Shown here one piece after another: positions 12,225 to 25,407 of a stretch of 64,000 bases of DNA. How positions within the stretch are numbered: the first letter of the stretch is position 1; each line of letters begins with the position of its first letter. A program made the translations under genes and the position numbers. This DNA comes from Trichoplax adhaerens (lineage: Eukaryota > Animalia > Placozoa): contig NW_002060949.1 of assembly GCF_000150275.1 (NCBI RefSeq), forward strand, positions 4,036,449 through 4,100,448, written 5' to 3'. Under the pieces are notes generated by a model, which was given only the letters and a program-made list of their open reading frames with translations, searched no databases and was not told where the DNA came from.

Positions 12225-15200
12225 CTACGAATTTCGTAGTAATTCTTCGTCAGAGTCATAATCCGAATCTTCATCAATATATGTGCTAGTGACGCTTGGC
12301 TTTCTGCAGCGCACGAATGCTGCTAAAAACGTAACCATAAAAATCTACAGAATGCGTACAAATGTTTTGTATATATAAATAATTGATAAATTTACAGATT
12401 TTGCAGTAAAATTTACGCTTTTAGCATGATTCCCCGATTAAGGCAATAAATTACTTTGAAATAACTATCGATAATTATAATTCATGTAGTAAGTTTACCG
12501 CAAGGAAAACCCAATTTGTCCAGTAATAAATTATTCCGAAAACGAAAATACGATAGCAAAATCGAAATAGCAATATGACGGTCCGAGTTTCAACGCACGC
12601 CTCTAGAATAGAAGTAAAATCTTCTATTAGGAGCTGTTTATTTATAAGTGATAAATCAATTATTACGTTAAAATTACTGTAAGTAATGCTGATGGCAGCA
12701 TTATAATTCATTTACCGTTAGCTGCTTCCAAGGTACATTTCTGCGTAGTTAGGATTTGCGTCATATTATAATTATCAGACGTATAGCTACTATTCCCCTA
12801 CAATGACAGTTTTTAAGTATAATCAATTAGCGGCAGATGAAAATGCACATCAAATAAAAATCACAGATTATAGTGAAAACATCCTGGAAAAAGTAAATAG
12901 TAGTGCTATCCATAACGTACCAGGTAATGCTGACTTCCAAAGGTAACATAGCGTGGCGCAATTGTGTACATGACCACGTTTAAACTTAAAACAATTAATA
13001 CTAGAAAAAAGCACATAAACAGCATCGCTTGTGTAGTTGTCCTGCCAGGATGAATTCGATAAGCCTATAATGTAAGATAGGAGGATACAGCTATTAATCA
13101 ACTACAAGACTCATTGGTTGTAACGGTAAAAGATATTTAGTCTTCCTTACTTTTATACAACAAAATCGTATCCCTATTTTTCGGATACCAGATACGGAGC
13201 TCAGAAACACATACAACAAGATCGATAAGAAAAATATATAATCCAGTGGATAAACCTATAATTGATACATAGTAAAGTCATGAGTGAATTTTTCCCCTAT
13301 TAGCCAGCTTAAATAGATTTTCAAAGTAATATTTATACCTCTTGAAAAAAAGTCATGGTCACATCAATAGGATTAGTAATCGTCGGCTTCGGTAATGCAT
13401 ATCCTGTCTTCCATCCAAGTGAATGCAAAATGCGATCGATACTTCACAAAATGATTTTAAAGAATACGATTTAATATCTCATAGACAAAGTTAGAGAATC
13501 AATTAAGATCTATCACCACGAGCACATCCCAAACCTTGTAATTAGCAACGTCGAAAATAGCAGCAAAGATAGGAGTAATAACAAGATTCCAGCTAATATC
13601 TAAATATGTAATGTACACTTTATATTCTCAAGTTGCAATATCAAAGTAGAGCTAATGGCAATCAATGAATAGTAAATACCTGAAACGGTCTCCAAATACA
13701 CGCAATTTTTGCAAACCAACTATTTTGGTTCGCTTCCATTTGACTTCGTCTCCTATCTACAGTTCTGAAGTGCAAAAAAATGAAACCGCAAAAAATTTTA
13801 GTTAGACAATATTAAATCCTAAATACGATATTGGCTGGAAATTGTGTTCGGTAGATTTAATTTATTCTTTTATCATTAGCAATTGTCATACCTTCTCGCC
13901 TGCTCCAATTCATCTAAACGCCTTCTTTCTTGATATGACTTTCCGGTATTGTTTTGCATCTTAGTAGAATCATTATGAAATTAAGTAATTTTTATCAAAT
14001 CCAATATTTCCATATTAGATATGTTTACCTTTGCTTGAAGCAATCGTGTTTGTTCATTAATTACTTCAGTTTCGTAATCAAATGAATTTGCATTAAGCTA
14101 TGTAAGAAACATGCCAGGATGATTGGTGATGTCTTTCATTTTTAGATGTGTCATGATAATTTAATTACTATTTCATACTACTTCTATAAGAATCAATTAA
14201 GCCTTACCGATGGAGAACCAATCATCAGATCAAAGGGTAAGGAGGTCATTCCGTAAGCCTACACAGTTTTAAAATAATCAAAGTCATTTCTATAGCATTA
14301 AAGAAGATTTAACTTTTTAAGTTGAGTTAGAACGGCTGTTTCATTGCATTGACTTACTGTATACAATACCATTAACAGCATTCCCAAGACTGTTAAACAT
14401 CCAATAGTAAATGACAGACCTCTTTCTATTCCTAGTTTGTGTAACAATTTAAGAAATTACTAATAATAATACAGTAATAGTATGCAATTCTAGCCGTAAT
14501 GACTATGAGATAAATATTAGAATATATTAATAACGGGGAACAATCAGTTACAAAAATTTCTGTAAAGATATCTATTGGATCATAATCTACATCACCTTAC
14601 CATTGGTAGCAAACTCATCAAATAGAAATTTTAATCGTTCATCGAATCTAGTAGCATTAGCTGGTGGGCTGCTTTGCGGAATGAAAGCACTATCGATACG
14701 ATGAGAGAATTTAGTTGATTTATTTATGAATTGCTTATATCTTCAAAACTGGCAATCTCGTTAGCAAACTATAAATTAGAAATTAGAATATTTCGCAATC
14801 TGCTTTAATCAGTATAAGCATACCCAATCAGCAGCAATGCTATAGCTACCAACAGAAAGCCAAACGTGTATTTCGAAGCTCCACACATTCTCTAACAATG
14901 GATTATTCCGTTTCGAAAATGTAATTGAAAAATTCTGTTTAGTTTCGCTGATATAGTACATGATGATAGTTGCTAAGTCATCAAGTCAATATCATGAAAA
15001 GCAAGTAAAATCCCTTTCAAGAAATTCTAACGTCAATATACTTATTTATCACTATTACTGTACCGATGACACAGTTGCATCTTCATCGTCTTCTTCATAA
15101 TAAAAGTACGTAAACGGTAGGATTATGAAAGCAAAAGCAATGACCAGCCCATAAGCCACTATTCACCAATGATAAGCAGAAAGATTAAGAAAGGCTATTA

Positions 15201-17459
15201 ATGTATTCAACTATCATCGATAAAAATAATACAGTAATCTATAGTATTTAAAATGTTGTCAAGGTAAATAAGTAAATCAAAGTAACAAGATTTCAATGTA
15301 AAAGTAGTACTAATTATAATGATAACTATAGATTTTGCTACAGCATCGAAACGTAGACATTAGGACTATTAGCTGCTACATTTCATTACATTGAGATACA
15401 TATTAACCTATTTTATTAAACTTGTACGTCAATCTTACAGTAGCAGATATTGTCAAAGCAGTTGTATAGAGTAACATAGCATGTTTATTTCTGGTAAACT
15501 TCATACCGATGTTCTTATTGACGTAATTTTCCTTACCGTAATAAGCAATAGCAATAGTGTTTTCGATGTGATCTCTCGTTTTCTCGTCTTTTGCCCATGA
15601 CTAAGAATAATAGAATAAACAGTATCAGATAGTAATTATAGTATGTACGTAAACTACCAATACTCGTATACAGCACCATGTTGAGGTCATTCTCAAAATG
15701 AAAAAATTAGCACTAAGCTACGATTGATTCCTTATCCTATTAGTAGGAGTAATTTACTGCTTCCTAAGTGCAAAAGGTGATTTGATTCTAGATCATGGAA
15801 AGATTCCGTCTGCCTGTCCATTTTATTATTAGCTCACTTCTAAAGTGATAAAACTACCAATAGACTTTGATTAACACCTTATCTAATACAACATATATTT
15901 AAGAATAATTTGAATAGTCATTGCCAGGCTACTTCTAGCGGCACAATTTATCAATGTATGATCGATATTTTTATCTAGGTAGATTGTTACTTTCATTAAT
16001 TTATATTCATCACTCATTTTAAAGATTATTAACCATTAATTATAATTCATTATTGCCTCGATTATCTGCAGTAGCTCTAGTTGTTATCAAAAGTCATTTT
16101 ACTGCTTTATAATCCTGCATATAAATTGATATTAATTTTTCAATCATTAAAAGACTACTTTTACTCGTGCATTTTGTCGCTTTAATCTAAATTTAATCGA
16201 TAATGTATATCTCTCTACAGACTGCTCCTTTAACGCACGCCCATTACTCATTTTCAAACTAATTCATTTATAATACAAGGTTACCTTAACCATCAGCAGC
16301 AATCAGCAGTGACTTTAGATATTCAATTCAGCTATTATCCAATCAAAGGACTATTTTACTAATGTTAAGTGTAAATGGGCGATCGATTTTGGATTATTTA
16401 GAGACTTGTTCTATACTATTCAGTTTTTATTTTTCATCTTTAATGTACAATCGATTTCTATAGGATGTATAGAGATTGTTATTACTTTATATCCTATCTA
16501 TGACCCATTTCAACAGTCATTAGAAGTACGTTTCTATTTTCCATCCTTAATGTACAATCGATTTCTACAGTATGTATAGAGATTGTTATTACTCTCGATC
16601 CTGTCTTGACCTATTTCAACAGTCATTACAAGTTAACGTTTCTATTTTCCATCCTTAATGTACAATCGATTTCTACAGTATGTATAGAGATTGTTATTAC
16701 TCTCCATCCTGTCTTGACCTATTTCAATAGTCATTACAAGTTAACGTTTCTATTTTCCATCCTTAATGTACAATCGATTTCTACAGTATGTATAGAGATT
16801 GTTATTACTCTCCATCCTGTCTTGACCTATTTCAACAGTCATTACAAGTTAACGTTTCTATTTTCCATCCTTATAGTACAATCAATTTCTACAGTATGTA
16901 TAGAGATTGTTATTACTTTCCATCCTATCCATGACCCATTTCAATAGTTATCATAAGTCAAGGTTTTTAATTAATCTGGATGATGCACAGTAGGAATGAT
17001 TACTGTTGACGTATTTTACCTTATAGGAGCCATCGGTATTCTTCATTGAAGAAACAAAAAAGATATCCAGGGGTAGGAGAAGGCTAGTCAATAGAGCCAT
17101 ACTCATGGATAAGATAATAACGGTTGTTGAGAAAGTTTCCGACTCTCTTCTACGTAAGTAATAACGTGTATAGAAGAAGGAGAAGAGTACAGCCAACTGT
17201 CAAAAAGTAGTAAAGATCAAATTAGCTCGCAATCATTTGGTCTACAGGTTTTTATTTTCATCCTTTTCTTCTCTTACTCTAAACTACTTGAATAGGAAGG
17301 CTATATGAATTACTCTACTAACTGAATATTACTCTATACTGTACTCTTGGATTGGAAATGAAAGATTGCGATCGCGAAACTCACTAAGGAAACCACTGCA
17401 AAAGGGATAACTCCACGAATGACGGTGTCGCCCGGAATAGCCGGATGCATTGCCTCCAT
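12225..17459 (-). CDS. LMBRD1: Lysosomal cobalamin transport escort protein LMBD1, 18 exons
   Basis: MEAMHPAIPGDTVIRGVIPFAVVSL (17459-17385) | LAVLFSFFYTRYYLRRRESETFST..LLLPLDIFFVSSMKNTDGSYK | SWAKDEK..IENTIAIAYY | ILPFTYFYYEEDDED ... YTAYGMTSLPFDL ... WRPFQ ... VYPLDYIFF ... GRTTTQAMLFMC ... IAPRYVTFGSQHY ... YYWTNWVFLA | IFMV..DEDSDYDSDEELLRNS*. All introns are GT-AG and the frame is preserved. Confidence 0.95.
16432..16948. repeat. Minisatellite, ~4.8 x 108 bp, in LMBRD1 intron 2
   Basis: tccatccttaatgtacaatcgatttctacagtatgtatagagattg recurs every 108 bp. This explains the 36-aa-periodic ORF at 16606-16947. Confidence 0.95.
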
Positions 17460-17807
17460 CTTGGATACGTGTGATGATGATGATGTTGCAGTCAATCTGG
17501 TTAAACGATAACAACAGTAATTAGATCACTTTCACCTGTATAAATGATCTTTCTCTTGGATCTTTAACGTCTCCAAATCAATCTGGAGTGTTGACAAGGG
17601 TTAAAACTTAAGCTGATGTCTTTGCCTTCCAGCACTTGATGGTGGATAATAATTCTCTCTATGGCAACAGTTTACGCTACTATAAATGTTGTATTTGACC
17701 AGTCACGTTTAAGGTCTTGGGAACTGTATACTCTCCTTATAGAAGTGCAATACTGAAACACTTATTCGCCTAGACAGTACTGTACTGTGTATCAAGGTGT
17801 CCACAAA

Positions 17808-17817
17808 ATGACGTCAT
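17808..17817. promoter_or_regulatory. Full CRE palindrome ATGACGTCAT about 350 bp upstream of LMBRD1
   Basis: Exact TGACGTCA bZIP (CREB/ATF) consensus, next to a short cagtactgtactgt run at 17775-17788. Confidence 0.4.
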
Positions 17818-18049
17818 ACTCATCGGAATTCTCTTTCCTCCATCATCTTCTCACCTCTGCTGCACTTTTTATAGAGGTAAATGGAGAATTCATTTTAAAA
17901 AAAAGGAACTACAAGATGGTATAGCTACCACTGTTCATGTGGTAGTAGTTTGAGACTTGAAATTTTGAAAAAAGCAAATAAAGGAAACGGACATTAGGCG
18001 ATACTAGAGTGTAAAAATGAAGGCATTCAATTCTGTAGACGTTTGAATT

Positions 18050-18960
18050 TTAGCATCGCCTCGATACCAAATGGAATGATTGTAAAATTGAGCTAATGCT
18101 TATTAAAAACATCAACTTCCATGCGCATTTTTGCTATGAAAACCTAGGCTAGCTCAACTGGTCATCTGAGTTTGGATTTTATCATCACCACGATACCAAA
18201 TGGAATGATTGTAAAATTGAGCTAATGCTTATTAAAAACATCAACTTCCATGCGCATTTTTGCTATGAAAGCCTAGGCTAGCTCAACTGGTCATCTGAGT
18301 TTGGATTTTATCATCACCACGATATCAAATAGAATGATTCTAAAAATTAATTAAGCCAATGCTTATTAAAAACATCAACTTCCATGCGCATTTTTGCTAT
18401 GAAAGCCTAGGCTAGCTCAACTGGTCATCTGAGTTTGGATTTCATCATCACCACGATACCAAATGGAATGATTGTAAAAATTAAGCCAATGCTTATTAAA
18501 AACGTCAACTTTCATGCGCTTTTTTGCTATGAAAGCCTAGGCTAGCTCAACTGGTCATCTGAGTTTGGATTTTATCATCACCACGATACCAAATAGAATG
18601 ATTGTAAAAATTAATTAAGCCAATGCTTATTGAAAACATCAACTTCCATGCGCATTTTTGCTATGAAAGCCTAGGCTAGCTCAACTAGTCATCTGAGTTT
18701 GGATTTTAGCATCACCACGATACCAAATAGAATGATTCTAAGAATTAATTAAGCCAATGCTTATTAAAAACATCAACTTCCATGCGCATTTTTGCTATGA
18801 AAGCCTAGGCTAGCTCAACTGGTCATCTGAGTTTGGATTTTAGCATCACCACGATACCAAATGGAATGATTGTAAAAATTAAGCCAATGCTTATTAAAAA
18901 CGTCAACTTTCATGCGCTTTTTTGCTATGAAAGCCTAGGCTAGCTCAACTAGCCATCTGA
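18050..18960. repeat. Minisatellite, 7 x 129-134 bp, between the divergent LMBRD1 and SRD5A-like genes
   Basis: gataccaaatggaatgattgtaaaa...atgcgcat...aagcctaggctagctcaactggtcatctga units start at about 18063, 18192, 18321, 18455, 18585, 18719 and 18853. Confidence 0.97.
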
Positions 18961-19009
18961 AGTTAGGTAATGTTGACCATTGCTGTGCAATGTGTGATCC
19001 AATGGAAGA

Positions 19010-20035
19010 AAAAATTCATTCCCAAGTAGTTCACACTATTCCGGCGTTGGTCAATATCAATGAAGATGTGCAGATCTTGGAACAAAGATGTTGTACAGGG
19101 TGAGGGTGTTTGTATATTCCTTCCTATCCCAAACTTTTGTTATGGATAATAGCTGATACAATTTCAGTACAGTACTGTATAAGTGATATACCTGCATGAT
19201 TGAAAGATTAATGTTGCAATTGAAGAAAAATTCATTCCCGACTATTTCACACTATAATGAAGATGTGCGAATTTTCGAACATAGATGTTGTACAGAGTGT
19301 TTGTATATTCCTTCCTATCCCAAACTTTTGTAGTGGATAATAGCTGATACAATTTTAGTATAGTACTGTATAAGTGATATACCTGCATGAATGAAAGATT
19401 AATGTTGCAATTGAAGAAAAATTCATTCCCGACTATTTCACACTACCGGCGTTGGCTCAATTTCAATGTAGTTAGGCGAACCTTCGAACAAACATTTTGT
19501 GCAGGATGTTTGTACTGTATATTCCTTCCTATCCGAATTTCTGAAGCAGTTGATAAAATTTCACGACAGTGCTTCTATAAGCGATATACAGTATACTCCA
19601 TTCATGATTTTATGATTTTATTCCAAGAAAACTCAATCCCAACTACTTCACACTACAGTATACCGGCGTTGGGTCAATTTCAGCCAAGTTAGACGAACCT
19701 TCGAACAAACATTTTGTGCTGGGTGTTTGTACATTTCTTCCAATCTGAATTTCTGAAGCAGTTGATAAAATTTCACTACAGTGCTTCTATAAGCGATATA
19801 CTGTACAGTATACTCCATTCATGATTTTATGATTTTATTCCAAGGAAACTCAATCCCAACTACTTCACACTAAAGTATACCGGCGTTGGGTCAATTTCAA
19901 CCAAGTTAGACGAACCTTCGAACAAACATTTTGTGCTGGGTGTTTGTATATTTCTTCCTCTCCGAATTTCTGAAGCAGTTGATAAAATTTCACTACAGTA
20001 CTTCTATAAGCGATATACAGTATAGTATACTCCAT
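19010..20035. repeat. Composite diverged tandem duplications (units of about 190-230 bp)
   Basis: ttccttcctatcccaaacttttg occurs x2, ccggcgttgg x4, gaaccttcgaacaaacattttgtgc x3 and gaatttctgaagcagttgataaaatttcac x3. Confidence 0.85.
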
Positions 20036-20560
20036 CAATGATCTTATTCGTCTTCCATATTGTACTAGCAGAAAACTTCTTCACACTCATGGCCCTTCGC
20101 CATATTGCACTACTATACGTTTATACTGTACAATGTACGGCCACTGCCTATACGAGTATGTATTGGAAATAGAGAACTGTATGAGTCTGTATCGTTGTTT
20201 ATTTCCATCACGATCGGGCCGGGCCCAGTACTGAGTATATAAGTCTGTATTGAAAAATACGATATGAATCTGTATCACCGTTCATTTCCACAACAACACA
20301 ACATACCAGTAAATCTATTCGTTATTGCTCTTGCTATTTCTACATCGGATTACCATCTTTCTATCACATATCATTCATACTATTATAAGAACAGCACAAT
20401 TAAACATAGAACAAGCAAGTGAACATCACTGGTACCTAGTAGTAACGAGCGCCAGGCGATGATTTCAATCTAAAGTACATGAAATCGCAGCGACTACTAT
20501 TGATCGACAGTCAACAATTTACCAAACATTCACTTTCAATTAAAATTCAATTATATCGAG

Positions 20561-23039
20561 ATGATTCCTGTTTGGCCTTGGGTGGCTTTTCTGAATAATC
20601 CTGTACGATTTTGGATTTATTATGGTTTTGTTATTGGTGGCTTTGTATTCGCTCTCATTACATTAATAACACAGTTGATTAAACCTGCTCCTTATGGACG
20701 TTTCGGCAATAACGATAATAATCCCAACAATTGGGGACCCGTTATTCCACAACGATTAGGCCATACCATATCCGATGCTTTACCATGTGTAGTTGAATTT
20801 CTACTGGTAAGAATGAATTAATTGTAAGGAATTCATCAGTCAATTCTAAAAATCCATCGATAGTCAAACATACCGTACAATCGTGCCCACTGATAGCTTT
20901 CATCCGACTAACTTTTACTCTCGCAGCCACGAAAGCCATAGTTACACCAATGATAGATTCGTACGAGTATAGTTTCCAATCATGACCTACTCACTAACCG
21001 ATAAAGTAAGTTGGTGGGATCAATTAATCGATTATTGGTCATGAAAATGACCACAACAATGATAACTCTTGACTAGCAATCCTGAATGAAAGCTGCAAAT
21101 ATATAATTTTCATTTTGTCTTATTTACCTTGGTTAAAGTAATCTTTGATCAATAAATACATTCATATTACTGATCTACGTATTGTTTTATATACTGTATG
21201 TATAGGTGTATTTTCTGTACGGAAGAAACCAATACCATTATACCAATCTTGTCTTCATGATATTATGGCAATTACATTACATTCATAGGTATTATACCAG
21301 TCTATCAATCTGTTAAAGTAGACGTAAATGTACAAGTAGATACAAACATTTACAGTATGCAATTCGGTCCTCAATTTTCTGCTTTATAGTGCAACTACAA
21401 GCAAACTCTCATTTATCACCTATTCTCCATTTTTTTTATATCATTAGTCTAATTAAACTATCTCACCAATTAATCTGTTAAAGTAGACTTACATGTACTA
21501 AGTAGATACGAACATTTACAGTATTCAATTCGGTTCTCAATTTTCTGCTTCATAGTGCAACTACAAGCAAACACTCATTTATCACTTATTCTCCATCTTT
21601 TTTATGTTATTAGTCTGATTAAACTATCTCACCCTTATGTTACTTAACAAATTCGTTCACGTCATGTTTATCCTTTACAGTTACTAGCTCATGATCATGA
21701 TATTTGCGTGTTCAAATTGTACATTATGCAACTGTAAAACACAACAATTTTCATCATGACGTACGGTGTAGGAATGTCATGTTTAAGCGCATATACAGCA
21801 TCTACATAAATACATAGATCAGATATATAGTTCTGTCTTAAATACAACCATAAGTCAAGTTAATAATAACTGATTGACGACACAATAAGTGGCACGATTA
21901 GATCATTTTCTGCCAATAATAATAAAAGCAGTACTAATTCTATATGAAAATCGATTATAGAGGCCTAATACACCCATGGATAATGCGTTATAGCTCCAAA
22001 ACTACCCCGTTAGGGTAAGGAAATCAATAGCGATAAAAAATTTGGCATACCATAACTAACAAGCGTAATTACTATTTCGTTTAACCTTTAGCATTACACT
22101 TGGTGGACTTATACCCAACGCTATTTTTTCATTCATCAATGCAAGTTGGATCAGTTCAGCTCTTTACTATAATCAATATTACAGGTTATACGAATATATC
22201 ATGTCTATAAAAACGATTTTTGTAACTCTACTCGCTCAATGATCATCTCTAAAAATAATAGCGACCCTAGATTTATTATTGGTATCCTACTATTTATCAT
22301 TGGATTTATTATAAATCGTTATGCTGATCTTAAGCTAAGAAATTTACGTCGAGAAAGTATGTCAATTGGGCAGATCAATGCCATGTTTATATTCATAAAT
22401 AGAATTTTCATGAATAATAGGTGTTAAGATGTGTTGTAAAGATAATCTCACGTTCCTTTTGGAATTTCTTTATACAGATCAAGGATACGTTATTCCTAGT
22501 GGAGGATTATTTAATTACATATCGTGCCCAAATTATTTTGGAGAAATGATTGAATGGATGGGCTGGTAAGAACTGTTAATACTTAACTAGGCTCATACCT
22601 TCACTACAGTATTTGTTTACAGGCTTTCGTTACACTACCAACGCCTTAGTCTTAGTCCTTATTAATAAATTTTTAGTTCTATATATACTCGTATATAATT
22701 ATTAGTTTCTTATTATATGAATTTATATCCCCTTCCAAATTAAAAACCCGCTCATTATACTTACACTGTTTGCACTCATAACAAACTATTAATGTACTGC
22801 ATAACATAGGGCCGTCGGGACATTTTCATTAGGAGGTTTAGCTTGGTTCTGTTTCTGCTGTGCAACATTCATCCCTAGAGCGAGACATAATCACCGATGG
22901 TAAAACTCTATGCATATTACTATTTTTGTAAAATTAATATCATGCACTATTCTTAACTGTACCGCATATTTGCAGGTACAAAGAACGATTTGCTGATTAT
23001 CCATCCCAAAGGAAAGCCTTAATTCCTTTCATATATTAG
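20561..23039 (+). CDS. 3-oxo-5-alpha-steroid 4-dehydrogenase (steroid 5-alpha-reductase SRD5A1/2/DET2-like), 8 exons
   Basis: KPAPYGRF ... LWQLHYIHRGLIHPWIMR ... YSDPRFIIGILLFIIGFIINRYADLKLRNLR ... GYVIPSGGLFNYISCPNYFGEMIEWMGWAVGT ... ATFIPRARHNHRWYKERFADYPSQRKALIPFIY*. These are hallmark SRD5A motifs, and the introns are GT-AG. Confidence 0.93.
21305..21632. repeat. Tandem duplication, 2 x ~165 bp, in SRD5A-like intron 2
   Basis: aatctgttaaagtagac...attaaactatctcacc occurs twice. Confidence 0.9.
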
Positions 23040-23861
23040 TTGTGTTATAACACTGCAAATAGCTTTACCTTTGTCTTCTGTAGTATACTGATAACTTCCG
23101 TATATACTTTGCTACCGGCGATATTTATTCCTAGTATCACATTTTCGAAGCTATTTTGAAGGATTTTTATTCCAGTCTAAGTTGCCTTCAATTGTCAAGA
23201 GCTCACGGTAATTTTTCTCGAAGTTTAAAATAGTACACAAGGTAAATTCTTTTGATCACGACAAACATTATAATGCTGTAATATTTTTTTCATTATTTTG
23301 ATGTCATTTAAACGGAACGCTAATGATGTTAATTGCAGCAATGAGTTGACATTCGATCGTATGTTTAATTTGATTAATTAATTGATATACTGGTACAACG
23401 TATTTCAGCTAGTGCCTTGAATATTATATCAAAATACGTATATAATATATAGTGTTGATATTATTCAAAGTAAGTTGAATTTTTCAAGGGAAAGAATGTA
23501 CGTTTGCTACCTCCATTGTGTATTAAACAGATCTAATTTCAAAATTGGCTTATGTACTTGTATCTTTCTAAATTTATATATGCATCTTCATTTATGATCA
23601 TAAACAAGTGCTTTAATAATTTAAATTAATTAGCTACAGCAGTACAAAGGACGGAATTGCTATATACTGTAAAATAGCATATATCGTCCGATATGTTGAA
23701 GGTAGCAAATATCGCTACCTACTGCTATATCATTTAAACCGTATCGATATCAACTTTCTTAATTTTATAATGAACCTCTTGACAAGCGATAGTAATAATG
23801 CAGACTGCAGGCTATTCACTACTAGACTCAATACGATATTTTGGATGAAAAACCAGCAATT

Positions 23862-24454
23862 TCACGACGACTGGAACTTTCGTCTCCGTTCTTCAGCTTT
23901 TCTTGCATTCTGGAAGCAGATCAAGCATAACATAAGTTGTAGTAATCGTATATAGCTACTACAAAGTCTGATATCAAAGGTGAATATCACAATATTCAAT
24001 CTACATGCCAACTGTGTATCGAAAGGCACTACTATCGAACTAAAGGGATACAAACCCATTGCCGCTTGCAATCTTTGTATGCATCGAAAAACTCTTGACA
24101 CATTGATTTATCATAATTATTTACATCTAGACATTTGTACGATGCTTTCGCCTCCTGAGGCATGTACATATAAAAAAGTCATAAGAAAAGAAAATAGCTT
24201 ATTATAATTCGCTGCGCATCCATCAGCCTATTTCTACGGTAAAAATCACTTGATTTAAAATACATATTAACAACCTATTTCAAATGCAGTATCATCAAAC
24301 AGACATCTCAGATATCTTTACGTTTAATGAAACAGCGTATCTACAGTATTTTTGTTTCGCTATAATTAGTCAAGTAGAGGTAAATCTACTATACGAAACT
24401 GACTTCGGTACATGGATTATTGGCCGGGTCCATCCAGCCACCCTTTTGACTCAT
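23862..24454 (-). CDS. CHCHD7: Mitochondrial twin-CX9C protein COX23/CHCHD7, 65 aa, 3 coding exons (24454-24404, 24154-24056, 23909-23862)
   Basis: MSQKGGWMDPANNPCTE|EAKASYKCLDVNNYDKSMCQEFFDAYKDCKRQW|NARKAEERRRKFQSS*. Spacing is exactly CX9C-X10-CX9C, both introns are phase-0 GT-AG, and the sequence closely resembles recalled yeast Cox23 (CQEYFDAYRECKKQW). Confidence 0.92.
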
Positions 24455-25407
24455 TTTTTAGGTTGAAAAACTACACCGTGTGTATAACCTATAAATAATA
24501 TAAAGATTTACGTTAATTTATTCCGATACAAATACATATCAAATAGTACTGTGCATACACTAAAATATCCCTACGCGCCAAATGGATCTAGCATCATGAA
24601 GCTATCATATACGATTCATGCTGATTCCAATAAACGATGGCATGTAACGATATTCCATAAATTATCAAACTGCAGCAGTGCTCTACCTCAGTGCAAAATG
24701 CAATATTTTGCATGTATCTGCATGCAGGTAAATTGTCATTGTGCATACTGTAGAGCTACGAAGTATACAGCACATATCAGTTATGTAGCAGGTATTCAAT
24801 TCCATATTTACGAGAGATACTACTTGGCGAACTCTATTATATACTGTACAAGACAGTAGCAAAATATTTCCCTGATTTCAGAATTCACAATAATAATTAC
24901 ATATAATTAATCATAGGCAGTTACGAATGAACTCATTTCTTAACCTAATTTTTACTATATCATGCAAGAGTAACTCATTCCTGGTACACAGCAAAAATAC
25001 CCATACCGTGATGGTAAAAATTAATTGTAAAACATACTACCACACAATAAAAGTCTACTATTATCATGAAGTGCAGTGTATGCGTAATAGTAATTGTAAT
25101 TATAATTATAAATACATTGCCAGCGAGGAAAGTTTACAATCTACTTAGCGAGACTTGACTTGTCACAATTGCTAGCTTTACTAAAACTTGATAGCAAATC
25201 ACAGTAAAATACTGTGCCGTCAGCGCTAGATATGGTAAATCGCATTTCCAAAGCTCGAGCTACTTCTGTAGCATCTACCACAAAATGGACAGATTCACCG
25301 TTGTACATTCTACTGTACGTAACAGCAGCATGCATATCCTGTACAATGTACAAAATTCGTGTATACTCGTGCTGCACAGTGCTCGATTGAAGAAGCGCAT
25401 CACATGG

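Noticed and set aside
16606-16947. 113-aa ORF with a 36-aa repeat
   Set aside because: By-product of the 108-bp intronic minisatellite, antisense to LMBRD1.
5337-17459. CLEAR/TFEB co-regulation of the adjacent endolysosomal genes RMC1 and LMBRD1
   Set aside because: The genes are tail-to-tail and no full GTCACGTGAC site was seen; only a partial gtcacgtt at about 17702.
12225-17459. U12-type introns
   Set aside because: No intron start matching RTATCCTT was found among the reconstructed junctions.
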